From: Promethearchaeota archaeon
GTDB taxonomy: Archaea > Asgardarchaeota > Lokiarchaeia > Sigyniarchaeales > SOKP01
NCBI GenBank assembly: GCA_019058245.1
Contig: JAHPZJ010000028.1
Span: forward strand, 64,001 to 128,000
Direction: 5' to 3'
Length of the DNA: 64,000 nucleotides
This document shows positions 21,214 through 32,455 of the stretch, piece after piece. Made by a program: the position numbers and the translations under genes. Each line of letters begins with the position of its first letter. Position 1 is the first letter of the stretch. The notes beneath the pieces are model-generated. The model was not told the DNA's origin and made no database searches. It saw only the letters and a program-made list of their open reading frames with translations.

Positions 21214-21357
21214 CTATTGTTGAAGTTTTTTCTTAAGTTTTTGTTCCATCAACTTTTTTCTAATATTTTTAACAAAATGATTATTTTCTATATTTCGTTT
21301 TACTGATTTTTCATTGTATGTCCAGCCATTTCTATTACCATTCTCATTAATTACCAT
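21214..21357 (-). CDS. 47-aa small protein (MVINENG...FVKNIRKKL...), paralogue of 20891-21046
   Basis: Shared W12, IE23-24, FVKNIR28-33, L36, KL40-41 when started at internal ATG 21357. Confidence 0.65.
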   Translation of the reverse strand: MVINENGNRNGWTYNEKSVKRNIENNHFVKNIRKKLMEQKLKKKLQQ

Positions 21358-21487
21358 AAATGTCAAACCAATGCAAATTCTGTGTTTATTAGTTCTTACT
21401 AGGAGGTTAATATATTTAAAGATAGTTAAATTCGACAAAAATCGTGCATATATCGACAATGTTGTTATTTATCCAATGATTTAAATA

Positions 21488-23665
21488 TCATGTAATTATA
21501 AGTTTTAAATTAAATTCTAAATTTTTTTCAAGCTTAATTATAGGACATATATTTATACCTTGATATATTTCTTTATAGCCCTCATCTGTATATGCATATG
21601 CGATTATTGGAAATTTACTAATTTTAATTGAATCATTTTTACTTAAAATATCAATCTCAAAACCTAGATCATATGTTTCATCATAAGCTTTAAAATGCGA
21701 ACCAATAAATTGAAATGGGTCAATTAATTTATTATATTTATCATCTTTTTTTTCTATTTGGTTGCTTTCCCATTGGAAATTTTCAGTATCTCCGTTAAAG
21801 AAAAAAGGAATATCAATTCCAAGATTTAAATTCTTAATAATACGGGTAAGAACCTTTTGATTTTCATCATTTTCATCGAGATTTATTCTAATTTTCACTT
21901 TTATTTCTCTATCTTCAACATAAATATCTTTTGTAATTCGAACAGAGTTTCTTTCATCAGTATCAGTGTCCTTTATACTTCCTATTTTTTCCATTTCAAT
22001 GATAGCAATCTTTCCTTCCTTTTCGCTGCTAGTAACCTTGAAAGTATCATTAACAAAATCTCCAAATTCATAATATTGATCTGATTGGAGTTGTTCAAGA
22101 GTAACATCATCATGCAAAACCCTAAGACGTAATAAATTTCTCTTGAATCTATCAACCATAACTTCTTTTGTTTTAAGTTTTTTACTTTCATGGTAAGCTT
22201 CTGGCCATCTTGTTAAAGTATTTAACAAATTATAAGATTTTGGTTTATAATCTAACTCAAAAATAGTTCCGCCATCGTTAGGATTAACATACACATTTAA
22301 AACATCAGATTCAATTAAATACTCTGTTTTGCTATCCTTAATAAAATCGATGGGAGTTATATAAATATATGATTTCATTTTAGGATTGATTAAAGAATTA
22401 ATATCATCAATTATTCTTTCAGCATTAATTAAATGAGTATAAACTGAAAATCTAAGAAACTGTAAATAAACTCCACCAAATAATCCGTGCCAATAACAAT
22501 CATTACATTGAGCTTTATAAATCTCATCCCAAGCTTCTTCAACTTTTTTTAAGATAACAGAAATAAGTTGTTCATTTTCAAGCTTTGACAGAGTTTCTTC
22601 AATTACTATAAGTTTGTTTCTAACATATAACATCTTTTTGTGCATATTATTGGATTCAGGATACTTTACTAGAAAATATCTCCAAAACCCACCACGAAGA
22701 AATTGATAGATCTCCTTCTTTTCCTCATCTTCTCTTAATGATTTCCGTATAATTTTGAATTTTTTGCGAATATCTGTGGGTAAAACCCATTCTTCCATTT
22801 TATCATAACTCGCTGTGGGTAGATATACCAAACTTTTTGCGGGATATTGACTCATATATTCTGAAAGCGTTATTGATTTAATCCATGAATTTTGTTTAAT
22901 TTGTTCAAAAAATGCTGGAATAAATGGCTTCCCTTTGTCTCCTTCTTGATGCCCAAATCCTTTTACATAGCAAATTTGATGTGTAGTTCCCCACACTCCC
23001 ATTTTTTCTGCATCGGATATTAATAAAGCACATCTGTCACCCTTTTCATCAGCAGCTTTTTTTAAATAATCAACAGACATATAAGTAGGTTTCCAAGGGG
23101 TTAAATATCTCAATTCTTCGTTAATAGGAAATATCCGTAGAGTTTTTCCTTCATCTTCGGTAATATATGAATAATACGTTCCTTCCTCGGTAATTCCAGT
23201 AGAACGAAAATGATTGTCATCAACGATTACATACTTTAATCCAACATCATTTAAGAAAGAGGGATAATTTGGTTCCCAAACTCTTTCTGATAACCAAGCA
23301 CCTTTTACTTCTAATCCGAATTCTTCTTTTATTAGCTTAGATAACTTTTTCATTTGAGCAATTTTATCACGATATGGTATGATAGCAAATATTGGCTCAT
23401 AATACCCGCCACCAATAATCTCTATCTGACCTCTTTTTGCCATAACTTTTATCTTATTTACAAGATCTGGCTTATTTTTAATAAACCATTCTAATAAATT
23501 GCCTGAAAAGTGAAGTGTAAATTTAACATCTTTATATTTGAAAATATTCTCAATTAAAGGTTCATATGACTTTTTATAACAATCTTCTATAACAAAATTG
23601 AAGTTATCAACGGGTTGATGGAAGTGCAAGCAAAATAATAGGCAAATAGTATTTTTTTTATCCAT
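21488..23665 (-). CDS. GH57 alpha-amylase / 4-alpha-glucanotransferase
   Basis: HFHQP, GGGYYEPI, WLSERVWEP (nucleophile E), SDAEKMG, YLPTASY, AQCNDCYWHGLFGG. Confidence 0.92.
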   Translation of the reverse strand: MDKKNTICLLFCLHFHQPVDNFNFVIEDCYKKSYEPLIENIFKYKDVKFTLHFSGNLLEWFIKNKPDLVNKIKVMAKRGQIEIIGGGYYEPIFAIIPYRDKIAQMKKLSKLIKEEFGLEVKGAWLSERVWEPNYPSFLNDVGLKYVIVDDNHFRSTGITEEGTYYSYITEDEGKTLRIFPINEELRYLTPWKPTYMSVDYLKKAADEKGDRCALLISDAEKMGVWGTTHQICYVKGFGHQEGDKGKPFIPAFFEQIKQNSWIKSITLSEYMSQYPAKSLVYLPTASYDKMEEWVLPTDIRKKFKIIRKSLREDEEKKEIYQFLRGGFWRYFLVKYPESNNMHKKMLYVRNKLIVIEETLSKLENEQLISVILKKVEEAWDEIYKAQCNDCYWHGLFGGVYLQFLRFSVYTHLINAERIIDDINSLINPKMKSYIYITPIDFIKDSKTEYLIESDVLNVYVNPNDGGTIFELDYKPKSYNLLNTLTRWPEAYHESKKLKTKEVMVDRFKRNLLRLRVLHDDVTLEQLQSDQYYEFGDFVNDTFKVTSSEKEGKIAIIEMEKIGSIKDTDTDERNSVRITKDIYVEDREIKVKIRINLDENDENQKVLTRIIKNLNLGIDIPFFFNGDTENFQWESNQIEKKDDKYNKLIDPFQFIGSHFKAYDETYDLGFEIDILSKNDSIKISKFPIIAYAYTDEGYKEIYQGINICPIIKLEKNLEFNLKLIIT

Positions 23666-23961
23666 TTTTCTTAAATCACCAATTGTTTTTAGCTTTCTGG
23701 AAAATTGAAAGAATAACTATAAGATATGATAGATTTTATCAAGAATACGTTTGAAATTTAGAAATAATAAGAATTAACCATTTAAAAAATAATCTAAATC
23801 TATCTATTTTTCTTTCAGATCTTTTTCATTTAAATACCCAAAATTAAAGTATTCATCAAAATTTGATTTTTTTGTCTAAGCTAATTTAAATATTAATAAA
23901 ACTTAATTATTAAATTACATTAACTAATTTAAAGCCTTCAAAAGATTAAGAAAATTTAAAT

Positions 23962-24417
23962 ATGGCTCCAGAAATTTCAGAAACTATAAGGAAATGGATT
24001 AAATTAAGTTTATCTAAATCAATATATAACATTTTTAAATTTTCGAAAGAAAATGATATATCTATGCCTCAAATTGGTGCTCTCATACGAATTTTTCGTA
24101 AAAGCAATTGTAATGTATCAGTTATTGGCACAGACTTGGGAATTTCGAGTGCAGCAGCAAGTCAGTTGCTAAATCGAATGGTTCAATTAGGATTGATTGA
24201 GAGATCAGAAGATCCTAATGATCGAAGGATTAAAAATCTAAGTTTATCACAAAAAGGACTTGAATTTCTTAATGAATGTTTTCAAACCAGTTATAAATGG
24301 TTTGAAGATTTAATAATTACATATAGTAATGATGAGAAGAGAGAGATCGTTGCTGTATTTAACAAATTGATAAATAAAATTAATATAAATAATGATGTAC
24401 CTGATTTAGAAATTTAG
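23962..24417 (+). CDS. MarR-family regulator
   Basis: ISMPQIGAL, LGISSAAASQLLNRMV..GLIER..D..DRR. Confidence 0.9.
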   Translation: MAPEISETIRKWIKLSLSKSIYNIFKFSKENDISMPQIGALIRIFRKSNCNVSVIGTDLGISSAAASQLLNRMVQLGLIERSEDPNDRRIKNLSLSQKGLEFLNECFQTSYKWFEDLIITYSNDEKREIVAVFNKLINKININNDVPDLEI

Positions 24418-24465
24418 TATTGTCATTTTAAATAATTAATCAAAAAAATTAAAGAAAATGGAATT

Positions 24466-26682
24466 ATGAATAGGACATTCAAATATACAAAACCTTACCT
24501 TCCGATGATAATAGGAGCAATCGTGCTTTTATTTGTGCAAGCGAATGTAAATTTAGCATTACCAAATTATCTATCTGACATTGTAAATGTTGGAATTCAA
24601 CAAGGTGGTATTGAGGATAAAGTACCGGTTGCAATTACTCAAAAAGAAATGAATAGAACATTATTTTTCATGAATAATACAGATGATAAAGATATGGTAT
24701 TAGCCCAATACACACTTTATGATAATAACTCTGATAGATATGATTATTATGCTAAAATATATCCGGTTATTAGCACCGAACCAATATATGTTCTCAATAA
24801 TCGTTCTAAATCGGCTGTCATTCAATTAAGTTCAATAATGACTAAACCGCTTGTAATTGTATTTTTTGTCAAACAAATTATGGAGAATCCAGATTTAGCA
24901 ACTACATTGGGTTTTCCTACAGATACTGATTTATTCATTTATTTAGAAAGTTTGCCCGAGGTCATAAGAACTCAAATTATTAATGAGTTTTATGCTGAAT
25001 TTGATTCTTTTGATAAAACAATGTTGGAACAAGCTGTTATACAGTCAATAAGAGCAGAATACGAACTTCTTGGTATGAATATGGATGAGATTCAGATGAA
25101 TTATATATGGCGAATTGGGATTTTAATGTTATTAATGACATTAATATCAGTATTATGTATTATCGGAGTGAGTTATTTATCTGCTAAAACCGCTACTGGA
25201 ATGGCTCGTGATATTCGAGAGGATTTGTTCATAAAAGTTGAAAGTTTTACAAATATAGAGTTTGATAAGTTTTCTACAGCATCCTTAGTGACCCGTTCAA
25301 CCAATGACATTACCCAAATTCAGATGATCATTATTATGTTGGTTAGTATTGTATTTTATGCCCCAATATTAGGTATTGGAGCTATTTTTCATGCGATGTC
25401 TTCAGCATCATCAATGTGGTGGCTAATAGCAATACCTGTTGTAGCACTTATATCTATTATAATCATGGTTTTTATAATTGCTTTACCTAAATTTAAGTCA
25501 ATCCAAGATTTAATTGACGACCTTAACCTTATTACACGTGAAAATCTTACAGGTATGATGGTAGTAAGAAGTTTTAACAAGCAAGAATTTGAAGAAAATC
25601 GTTTTGATAAGGTTAATCTTGATTTAACGAGAAAAAGTTTGTTTATAAATAGATTAATGTTCATATTAATGCCATTAATGATGTTTATAATGAATGGAAC
25701 TATGGTTTTAATTATATGGATTGGATCTCATGAAGTCGCGAAGGGATTATTGCAGATTGGAAATATGATGGCATTTATGCAATACACGATGCAAATAGTA
25801 ATGTCATTTTTAATGATTTCTATAATGTTTATTCTACTTCCACGAGCTAGTGTGTCAATAAAAAGAATAGGTGCGGTATTGGATACTGAACCATCCATTA
25901 AAGATTCCCAAGATTCACGTTTGTTTAAAGAACCCTTCGATTCTACAATTGAATTTCGTAATGTATCATTTAAATATCCTGGTGCTGAAGAGAATGTATT
26001 ACATGGAATTAACTTTATAGCACGTCCAGGCGAGACGACAGCGTTTATAGGAGCAACTGGATCTGGTAAATCCACACTTATAAATTTGATACTCCGATTT
26101 TATGATGTCTCTTCTGGATCAATTTTAATTGATGGCTTGGATATTCGGAAAGTTTCGCAACATGATTTACGAGAAAAAATAGGATATGTTCCTCAAAAAA
26201 GCTCCTTGTTCTCAGGAACTATTTCAAGTAATTTATATTATGCGAATGAAAACGCTGAAAGTAAAACAATACAATCAGCAATTGAAATTTCACAAGCTTC
26301 CGAATTTGTAAGTGCCAAAGCCAGGGGTTTGGAGTCAAGAATTTCGCAAGGTGGTAGTAATGTATCTGGTGGACAAAAACAGAGATTATCCATAGCAAGG
26401 GCAATTGTAAAACAATCTCCAATTTATATCTTGGATGATAGTTTTTCTGCGTTAGATTTTAAAACTGATAGAGCATTACGTAAGGCATTCAAAGAAAATT
26501 TAGAAGACATCACATTATTAATTGTCACTCAAAGAGTTTCCACTATTATGGATGCTGAACAGATAATTGTACTTGATAATGGTAGAATTGTAGGTAAAGG
26601 TTCACATATAGAGCTGTTGAAAACTTGTGAAACATATAAGGAAATTGCTTTATCTCAACATACAATGGAGGAATTATTATAA
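24466..26682 (+). CDS. ABC exporter, TMD+NBD (heterodimer partner 1)
   Basis: GATGSGKST, SGGQKQR, degenerate LDDSFSALD. Confidence 0.95.
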   Translation: MNRTFKYTKPYLPMIIGAIVLLFVQANVNLALPNYLSDIVNVGIQQGGIEDKVPVAITQKEMNRTLFFMNNTDDKDMVLAQYTLYDNNSDRYDYYAKIYPVISTEPIYVLNNRSKSAVIQLSSIMTKPLVIVFFVKQIMENPDLATTLGFPTDTDLFIYLESLPEVIRTQIINEFYAEFDSFDKTMLEQAVIQSIRAEYELLGMNMDEIQMNYIWRIGILMLLMTLISVLCIIGVSYLSAKTATGMARDIREDLFIKVESFTNIEFDKFSTASLVTRSTNDITQIQMIIIMLVSIVFYAPILGIGAIFHAMSSASSMWWLIAIPVVALISIIIMVFIIALPKFKSIQDLIDDLNLITRENLTGMMVVRSFNKQEFEENRFDKVNLDLTRKSLFINRLMFILMPLMMFIMNGTMVLIIWIGSHEVAKGLLQIGNMMAFMQYTMQIVMSFLMISIMFILLPRASVSIKRIGAVLDTEPSIKDSQDSRLFKEPFDSTIEFRNVSFKYPGAEENVLHGINFIARPGETTAFIGATGSGKSTLINLILRFYDVSSGSILIDGLDIRKVSQHDLREKIGYVPQKSSLFSGTISSNLYYANENAESKTIQSAIEISQASEFVSAKARGLESRISQGGSNVSGGQKQRLSIARAIVKQSPIYILDDSFSALDFKTDRALRKAFKENLEDITLLIVTQRVSTIMDAEQIIVLDNGRIVGKGSHIELLKTCETYKEIALSQHTMEELL

Positions 26683-28550
26683 TGCAGAGACGTCCCCAAA
26701 GAGGCCCAATGGGTGGAGGCCCAATGGGTAGAGGCCCAATGGGTAGAGGGGCATTCCCCATGATGGGAGGTAAAGCAAAAGACTTTAAAGGTACTATTCG
26801 AAAATTATTTGCTTATATGGGTAAGTACAAAAAGGTAGTAATAATTGCAATCATTTTTGCGATAGCTTCTACAACCGCCGTCATTTTTGGTCCGAAGATT
26901 TTAGGGATGGCAACTACAAAATTATTTGAAGGTTTAATTGACCAAATAAGAGGTACAGGTTCAATTGATTTTGAATATATTGGATTTATAATTCTTTTAA
27001 CAATTGGGTTGTATGTACTTTCTGCAATATTTAGATTTGTACAAGGTTGGATAATGGCCAAAGTTTCCACAGATACATCTTATCGCCTAAGGCAAGATAT
27101 CTCCAAAAAGATTAACAAATTACCTCTCAAATATTTCGATAAAAAAACACATGGTCAAGTACTGGCACATGTAACTAATGATGTGGATGTAATTAATCAG
27201 ACTTTAAGTCAAACACTTACCCAGATAATTACTTCAATTGTTACTATAGTTGGTGTTCTCATAATGATGTTATCTATCAGTTGGTTTCTAACTCTAATTG
27301 CGTTGCTTATAATCCCAATTTCACTAATTTTAATGCGAACGATTATGAAGAGGTCTATAAAGTACTTTATAAAACAACAGCAATACTTAGGTCATGTAAA
27401 TGGTCATGTTGAAGAGATGTTTAGTGGTCATGTTGTAATGAAAGCTTTTAATGGGGAGGAAAAAAGTATTAAGAAATTTTCTGAATATAATAATATACTT
27501 TATAAATCTGCATGGAAAGCGAGTTTTTTTTCTGGTTTATTGATGCCACTAATGTTTTTTATAGGAAATATAGGTTATGTTGGAATTGCCATATTAGGTA
27601 GTTGGCTCGTTATAATTAATTCTATATCTATTGGTGATATTCAAGCATTTATCCAATATATCCGTACTTTTACACAACCCCTAACTCAAATTGCAAATAT
27701 CTCTAACACAATTCAACAAACTATAGCAGCAGCAGAAAGAGTCTTTAAATTCCTTGAGGAAGAAGAAGAAATTGAAGAGACGATGAATCCTATTAAAATT
27801 GAAGATAAAAATACCTACCAGGTTGAATTTAAAAATGTTCAATTTGGATATAATCCAAATAAAATTGTAATCCATAATTTTTCAGCCTTAGCAGAATCTG
27901 GTAAAAAAATAGCTATCGTTGGTCCAACAGGGGCAGGAAAGACCACAATTGTCAAACTTCTAATGCGTTTTTATGATATACTTGATGGTAGTATTTTAGT
28001 AGATGGAAAAGAAATTAGAAATTTCACTCGAAAAGATCTACGTACTTTATATGCTATGGTTCTGCAAGATACATGGCTTTTTAATGGGACTATAATGGAA
28101 AATATACGGTATGGAAATAGCGACGCGAGTGACAAAGAAGTTATTGAAGCTGCTAAAGCTGCACATGTAGATGATTTTGTCCATTCATTACCGAATAGCT
28201 ATAATATGATTATTAATGAACAAATTACTAATATATCTCAAGGTCAAATGCAACTTATAACCATTGCTCGAGCTGTTTTAGCGGATCCTAAAATACTTAT
28301 TCTTGATGAGGCTACCAGTTCTGTAGATACCCGAACTGAGATACTAATACAAAAAGCTATGGATAAATTAATGGTAAACCGTACAAGTTTTATTATAGCT
28401 CATAGATTATCAACAATCCACAATGCAGACCTTATTCTCGTAATGAATGGGGGAAATATAGTTGAACAAGGAACTCATGATGAATTAATGGCAAAGAATG
28501 GATTTTATGCCGACGTCTATAATAGTCAATTTGTAAGTATAAAAAGATAA
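26682..28550 (+). CDS. ABC exporter, TMD+NBD (heterodimer partner 2)
   Basis: GPTGAGKTT, SQGQMQ, LDEATSSVD, IAHRLST; TAATG stop/start overlap with partner 1. Confidence 0.95.
   Translation: MQRRPQRGPMGGGPMGRGPMGRGAFPMMGGKAKDFKGTIRKLFAYMGKYKKVVIIAIIFAIASTTAVIFGPKILGMATTKLFEGLIDQIRGTGSIDFEYIGFIILLTIGLYVLSAIFRFVQGWIMAKVSTDTSYRLRQDISKKINKLPLKYFDKKTHGQVLAHVTNDVDVINQTLSQTLTQIITSIVTIVGVLIMMLSISWFLTLIALLIIPISLILMRTIMKRSIKYFIKQQQYLGHVNGHVEEMFSGHVVMKAFNGEEKSIKKFSEYNNILYKSAWKASFFSGLLMPLMFFIGNIGYVGIAILGSWLVIINSISIGDIQAFIQYIRTFTQPLTQIANISNTIQQTIAAAERVFKFLEEEEEIEETMNPIKIEDKNTYQVEFKNVQFGYNPNKIVIHNFSALAESGKKIAIVGPTGAGKTTIVKLLMRFYDILDGSILVDGKEIRNFTRKDLRTLYAMVLQDTWLFNGTIMENIRYGNSDASDKEVIEAAKAAHVDDFVHSLPNSYNMIINEQITNISQGQMQLITIARAVLADPKILILDEATSSVDTRTEILIQKAMDKLMVNRTSFIIAHRLSTIHNADLILVMNGGNIVEQGTHDELMAKNGFYADVYNSQFVSIKR
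26701..26749 (+). repeat. 3x 15-bp tandem repeat GAGGCCCAATGGGT(G/A) encoding (R/G)GPMG
   Basis: Read directly from sequence. Confidence 0.9.
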
Positions 28551-28847
28551 AAGATTCTTTCAGATTTAAGGCAAGAATGTTTTAATATTTTAATCGAAAG
28601 TAAGAATTGAATGAATATAACTCTTATTTTTAATCAAGATTATTAAATTTTTAGGCCAAAAATACAAAGAATTCTTAAAAGTTTTAAAAAAAATGATGAA
28701 AAACTCTTAACTGTTAAGACTATTAATACACATATTTTTAAACCTATTAATAATCTTGTAAATAAAATATTTTAATATAGTTTCAATGAATTGAAAAATA
28801 TAATAGTTTTTGTAAATTAAAAACTATATTTAGTAAAAAAAGATCTA

Positions 28848-30578
28848 ATGATTTCTATGATAAATTATTTAGAAAAAAATATGATTCAAGGAATTTGTAA
28901 TTCCAACGAGTTTAAAGGATGGCTACTTTCAAGAAGATGGTTTGGAGACAAATCAACTTTATCGAATTTAGAGTTTGATGTTTCACTCCATTATTTTGAA
29001 AATATTACAAAGAATATTTTTCTCACCATAATCGAAATTAAAACTTCAAATTATTCAAAACGATATTTTCTTCCATTAATTTATTATAAAAAGATTGAAG
29101 AAATTCTTGATTCCAGTGAAAAAACCCATTCCAATATTGTGAAGCTTACGGAAAATACTTTCAGCAAGAAGTTGGTTATAAATGTAGAAAATAATCAGAA
29201 AATATTTACACTCAACTTGTTAGAAGCTGAGTTTTGTCTTTTCTTCTGGAAGAAAATGTTATTTGATACAAATATCTCAGAGAGATTTCCATCATTGGAT
29301 TTAGAATTAATCCTCTATAATAAACAATTTGAAGACGACGTAAATATGAAAAAAGTACAAAATTTAATAGAAGCAAGCTTATATCCTGATCGCTATAGCC
29401 TTTCAATAAATCAATTAGGAAAAGGAAACACTACAAATACCTTATTTTCATTAAATATAATAAATAACAGGTTTCCCGAGCAAGATCCAATTTCGTATGT
29501 ACTAAAATCTTACAAAGTTTATTCAACAACTATAGAACCTTCTGCTTTATTTGTTTTAGTTAAAAACAAATTTCCAAATGCTCCAAAGATTTATGGAACA
29601 ATTAAGGTACATGATAAAGAAACAATTCAAATTATGGAAAATGTTCCAAATAATGGAAATTTGGGAGATATATACTGGACTGAACTTAATAAAATGATAA
29701 ATACTATATTCAAAAATGCAGATACTAATTATTCCAAATTTAACGATAAATCAAATATTTCTCAATTAATTAAAGATCATTGCCTTGAAACCATTAGAGT
29801 ATCTTCTGAGATAGGAAAATATATCAACAATCTGCATAAATCTTTAATTTTACCATCCCAAATAGAGTATAGTGTAGAAACTGTTGATAGCGGAACTTAT
29901 CTTAAAACCTACACAGAAAAATTAAATTCGATGATCTCAGAGTTACTTACTAACATGACGGATCAACCAGAAAGCACATTTTTTAATTTACCAAAAGTGA
30001 GTTCAATCCTTATAGATATTAAAGATATTATTGAAAAATTTCGATCAGAATTTAAAGCCCAAAATATTAATATTCAACCAGTACATCAAGATTTACATAT
30101 GGAACAAATTCTTTATAATAAAATCGATGACCACTATAATTTTTACTTCATAGATTTTGAAGGAGATCCACAACTTTCTTTAGAAGAGAAAAAAAGTAAA
30201 TTTCCAATTGAAAAAGATCTAGCCTCTTTTTTAAGGGCCCTCAGTTACATAAAATTCAACACTTTGCTAAAATTTATTGAAAATAAGATTATACGGAAAG
30301 ATAAATATGAAGTACCTGAAGAAATTCTATATAATCTTTTCTTCAGACGCGCTGCTAGACCCTTAAAAAAAGTTCTCGATATAGTACTTAATGTTCTAAA
30401 TACCTGGGAAAAGAGGTTGATAGGAAAAATATTAAAAAATCTGAAAGCAGATTATATTTTAATTACTTATTTCTATATTGAAAGAGCATTGCATGAATTA
30501 AATTATGAAATATTATTTAGACCCAATATGATCATTACACCTATATTGGGTTTAAAAGAGATTATAGAAAAAAGTTAA
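28848..30578 (+). CDS. Maltokinase (Mak/Pep2)-like protein
   Basis: WLLSRRWFGDK N-terminus, G.TTN, VHQDLHMEQIL, IDFEGDP, KDLASFLRAL.Y, ERALHEL.YE...RP. Confidence 0.8.
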   Translation: MISMINYLEKNMIQGICNSNEFKGWLLSRRWFGDKSTLSNLEFDVSLHYFENITKNIFLTIIEIKTSNYSKRYFLPLIYYKKIEEILDSSEKTHSNIVKLTENTFSKKLVINVENNQKIFTLNLLEAEFCLFFWKKMLFDTNISERFPSLDLELILYNKQFEDDVNMKKVQNLIEASLYPDRYSLSINQLGKGNTTNTLFSLNIINNRFPEQDPISYVLKSYKVYSTTIEPSALFVLVKNKFPNAPKIYGTIKVHDKETIQIMENVPNNGNLGDIYWTELNKMINTIFKNADTNYSKFNDKSNISQLIKDHCLETIRVSSEIGKYINNLHKSLILPSQIEYSVETVDSGTYLKTYTEKLNSMISELLTNMTDQPESTFFNLPKVSSILIDIKDIIEKFRSEFKAQNINIQPVHQDLHMEQILYNKIDDHYNFYFIDFEGDPQLSLEEKKSKFPIEKDLASFLRALSYIKFNTLLKFIENKIIRKDKYEVPEEILYNLFFRRAARPLKKVLDIVLNVLNTWEKRLIGKILKNLKADYILITYFYIERALHELNYEILFRPNMIITPILGLKEIIEKS

Positions 30579-30591
30579 TTATCTAAAAAAT

Positions 30592-31188
30592 TTATTCTTC
30601 TTCTACATCAGGTAGTTTAGCAAATTCGAAGGAATAATGGGAGGAAGATATATCAATTGGTTGTACCTGCTTTTGGTATGCAGTTCGTATTTTGCTTTGG
30701 TCAGTAATTTTCGACGTAGTCCAATTTGCATTGAATTCACCTTGATTAAAAATTCTCCATGCAAAAGCTTCCACAAATTTTTGAGGTCCAAATTTCTTAT
30801 CTATTAAAATATATTTATTATCATCAATAAAATTTCGAAAAAACCCTAGGTTATCACATAAGTCTAATTTATAAAAGATATCATCAATTTTACCATTTAT
30901 TCTTGCGCAATCATTTATGAAGCGCGCTAATTTATCTCCTAACTTAATTTGATCCTCTTCCACTTCTTTCTCAACAAGTTTTCTTAAAAAGCTTCTTTTT
31001 ATCATCATAAAATCTCGATCATTTAAAGATTGAAGCGAACTTTTTTGTTTAATTATATATTTTGATATTTCTAAATAGTTTCTAATAAGATCAGCTTTAG
31101 AAATACCCAATTTTCTTCGGACCTTCTCTAAGTTTTCATTTAAATTTTCATCAATTCTAACAGTTATAACAGTTGTTGATTCTTTCAA
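30592..31188 (-). CDS. Ribbon-helix-helix regulator with C-terminal domain
   Basis: VITVRIDENL...L....GISKADLIR. Confidence 0.75.
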   Translation of the reverse strand: MKESTTVITVRIDENLNENLEKVRRKLGISKADLIRNYLEISKYIIKQKSSLQSLNDRDFMMIKRSFLRKLVEKEVEEDQIKLGDKLARFINDCARINGKIDDIFYKLDLCDNLGFFRNFIDDNKYILIDKKFGPQKFVEAFAWRIFNQGEFNANWTTSKITDQSKIRTAYQKQVQPIDISSSHYSFEFAKLPDVEEE

Positions 31189-32033
31189 TTTATTTCATCT
31201 TTCTGAATATTTTTTTTTTTTCATTTAAGATTTTTGGGCTAAATTTCGGCTTATTTGTGAATTACTCTTATCTTTTTATTTGTAATTAATATATTTATAT
31301 GTAACATAAGTAATATTAGTATATAAATGATTAATATCAACGAAAAATTAAATTTAAATTGATCTCAAATTATCTGATGACTGTAAATTTAGAATGATAA
31401 GATATCTATAATAATGAAAGATTAACTTATTTTAGGGTTTTGAAGTTTTTCTAATATATTATTCATTATTTCTTTATTTATTATACTTTAATATTAGGAA
31501 AGTTAACTATTTATTCTAAATTGAGAAATCTTAAGTGGTAATTTATTGAGGTCTTATTTCTGACATTATTTTCATAGAAATTTTTTTTACAAAAAAATAA
31601 AGAACATAAATCACATTATCTAATGCTTAAGGTTCTTAAATTTAAATATTATTAAAAAATGATACATTTATTTAATAAATTTTTAAATTATTTTATGAAA
31701 ATTAAAATGGTATGATTTCATAATGTTTGAATCAATTATTATTTCTAGAATATTTTTTTTTTAAAATCTTTATGGTCATAAATATACTACGCTAATCTCT
31801 TAGAGAAATTCAAGTCTATCATTAAGATTTTTTGTTCCTTTTTATTAAACAAATATCTATCCAAATAAAATTTTGTTTTACATATTCAATGATTTTCAAT
31901 GTCATTTGTAAGTATAGTAATCAAACGTAACATAGGCTTACAAAAGACACACAAGGTAAATATATATGCAGTAAAAAATATAGGTTTCATGTATAAACCA
32001 ACTTGATACTTATTAAGGGTTTGATAGCAAGTT

Positions 32034-32357
32034 ATGGAAATCACACAAAGTGGTATTTTAGAGGTTAGTTTGCAGAATAAGTCTGAATCTATATCTGTAG
32101 ACTCAGATGATCAAATTGAAAAAATAGTTAAAGCCTTATCTTCACGAACTAGACGTAAAATACTTAATCATATCCAAGATGAACCGATGGATGTGTCTAA
32201 TATCGCCGCTAATTTAAAGATGACTGAAGCTAATATTTCTGCTCAAATTAAGAAGCTCGAAGAAGCAGGACTAATAATTTGTGATTATGCTTCTGGTGAC
32301 CACGGGGTTAGGAAAATTTCGAAGTTAAAATTCAATAGACTTGTAATACAATTTTAA
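32034..32357 (+). CDS. ArsR/HTH transcriptional regulator
   Basis: KALSSRTRRKIL, EANISAQIKKLEEAGLI, G.HG.RK. Confidence 0.88.
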   Translation: MEITQSGILEVSLQNKSESISVDSDDQIEKIVKALSSRTRRKILNHIQDEPMDVSNIAANLKMTEANISAQIKKLEEAGLIICDYASGDHGVRKISKLKFNRLVIQF

Positions 32358-32455
32358 GTATTATTTTATAAAAAATTAGGCTTTAATTTAAGGTCCTAGA
32401 TCTATTTTTATGCCCTAAATAGTATATATTGTCTTAATTTCATTACTAAGTTGAT

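Noticed and set aside
26701-26749. GC-rich tandem repeat as a CRISPR array or mobile element
   Set aside because: No spacers; it is an in-frame coding repeat in the Gly/Pro/Met-rich N-terminus common to such ABC exporters
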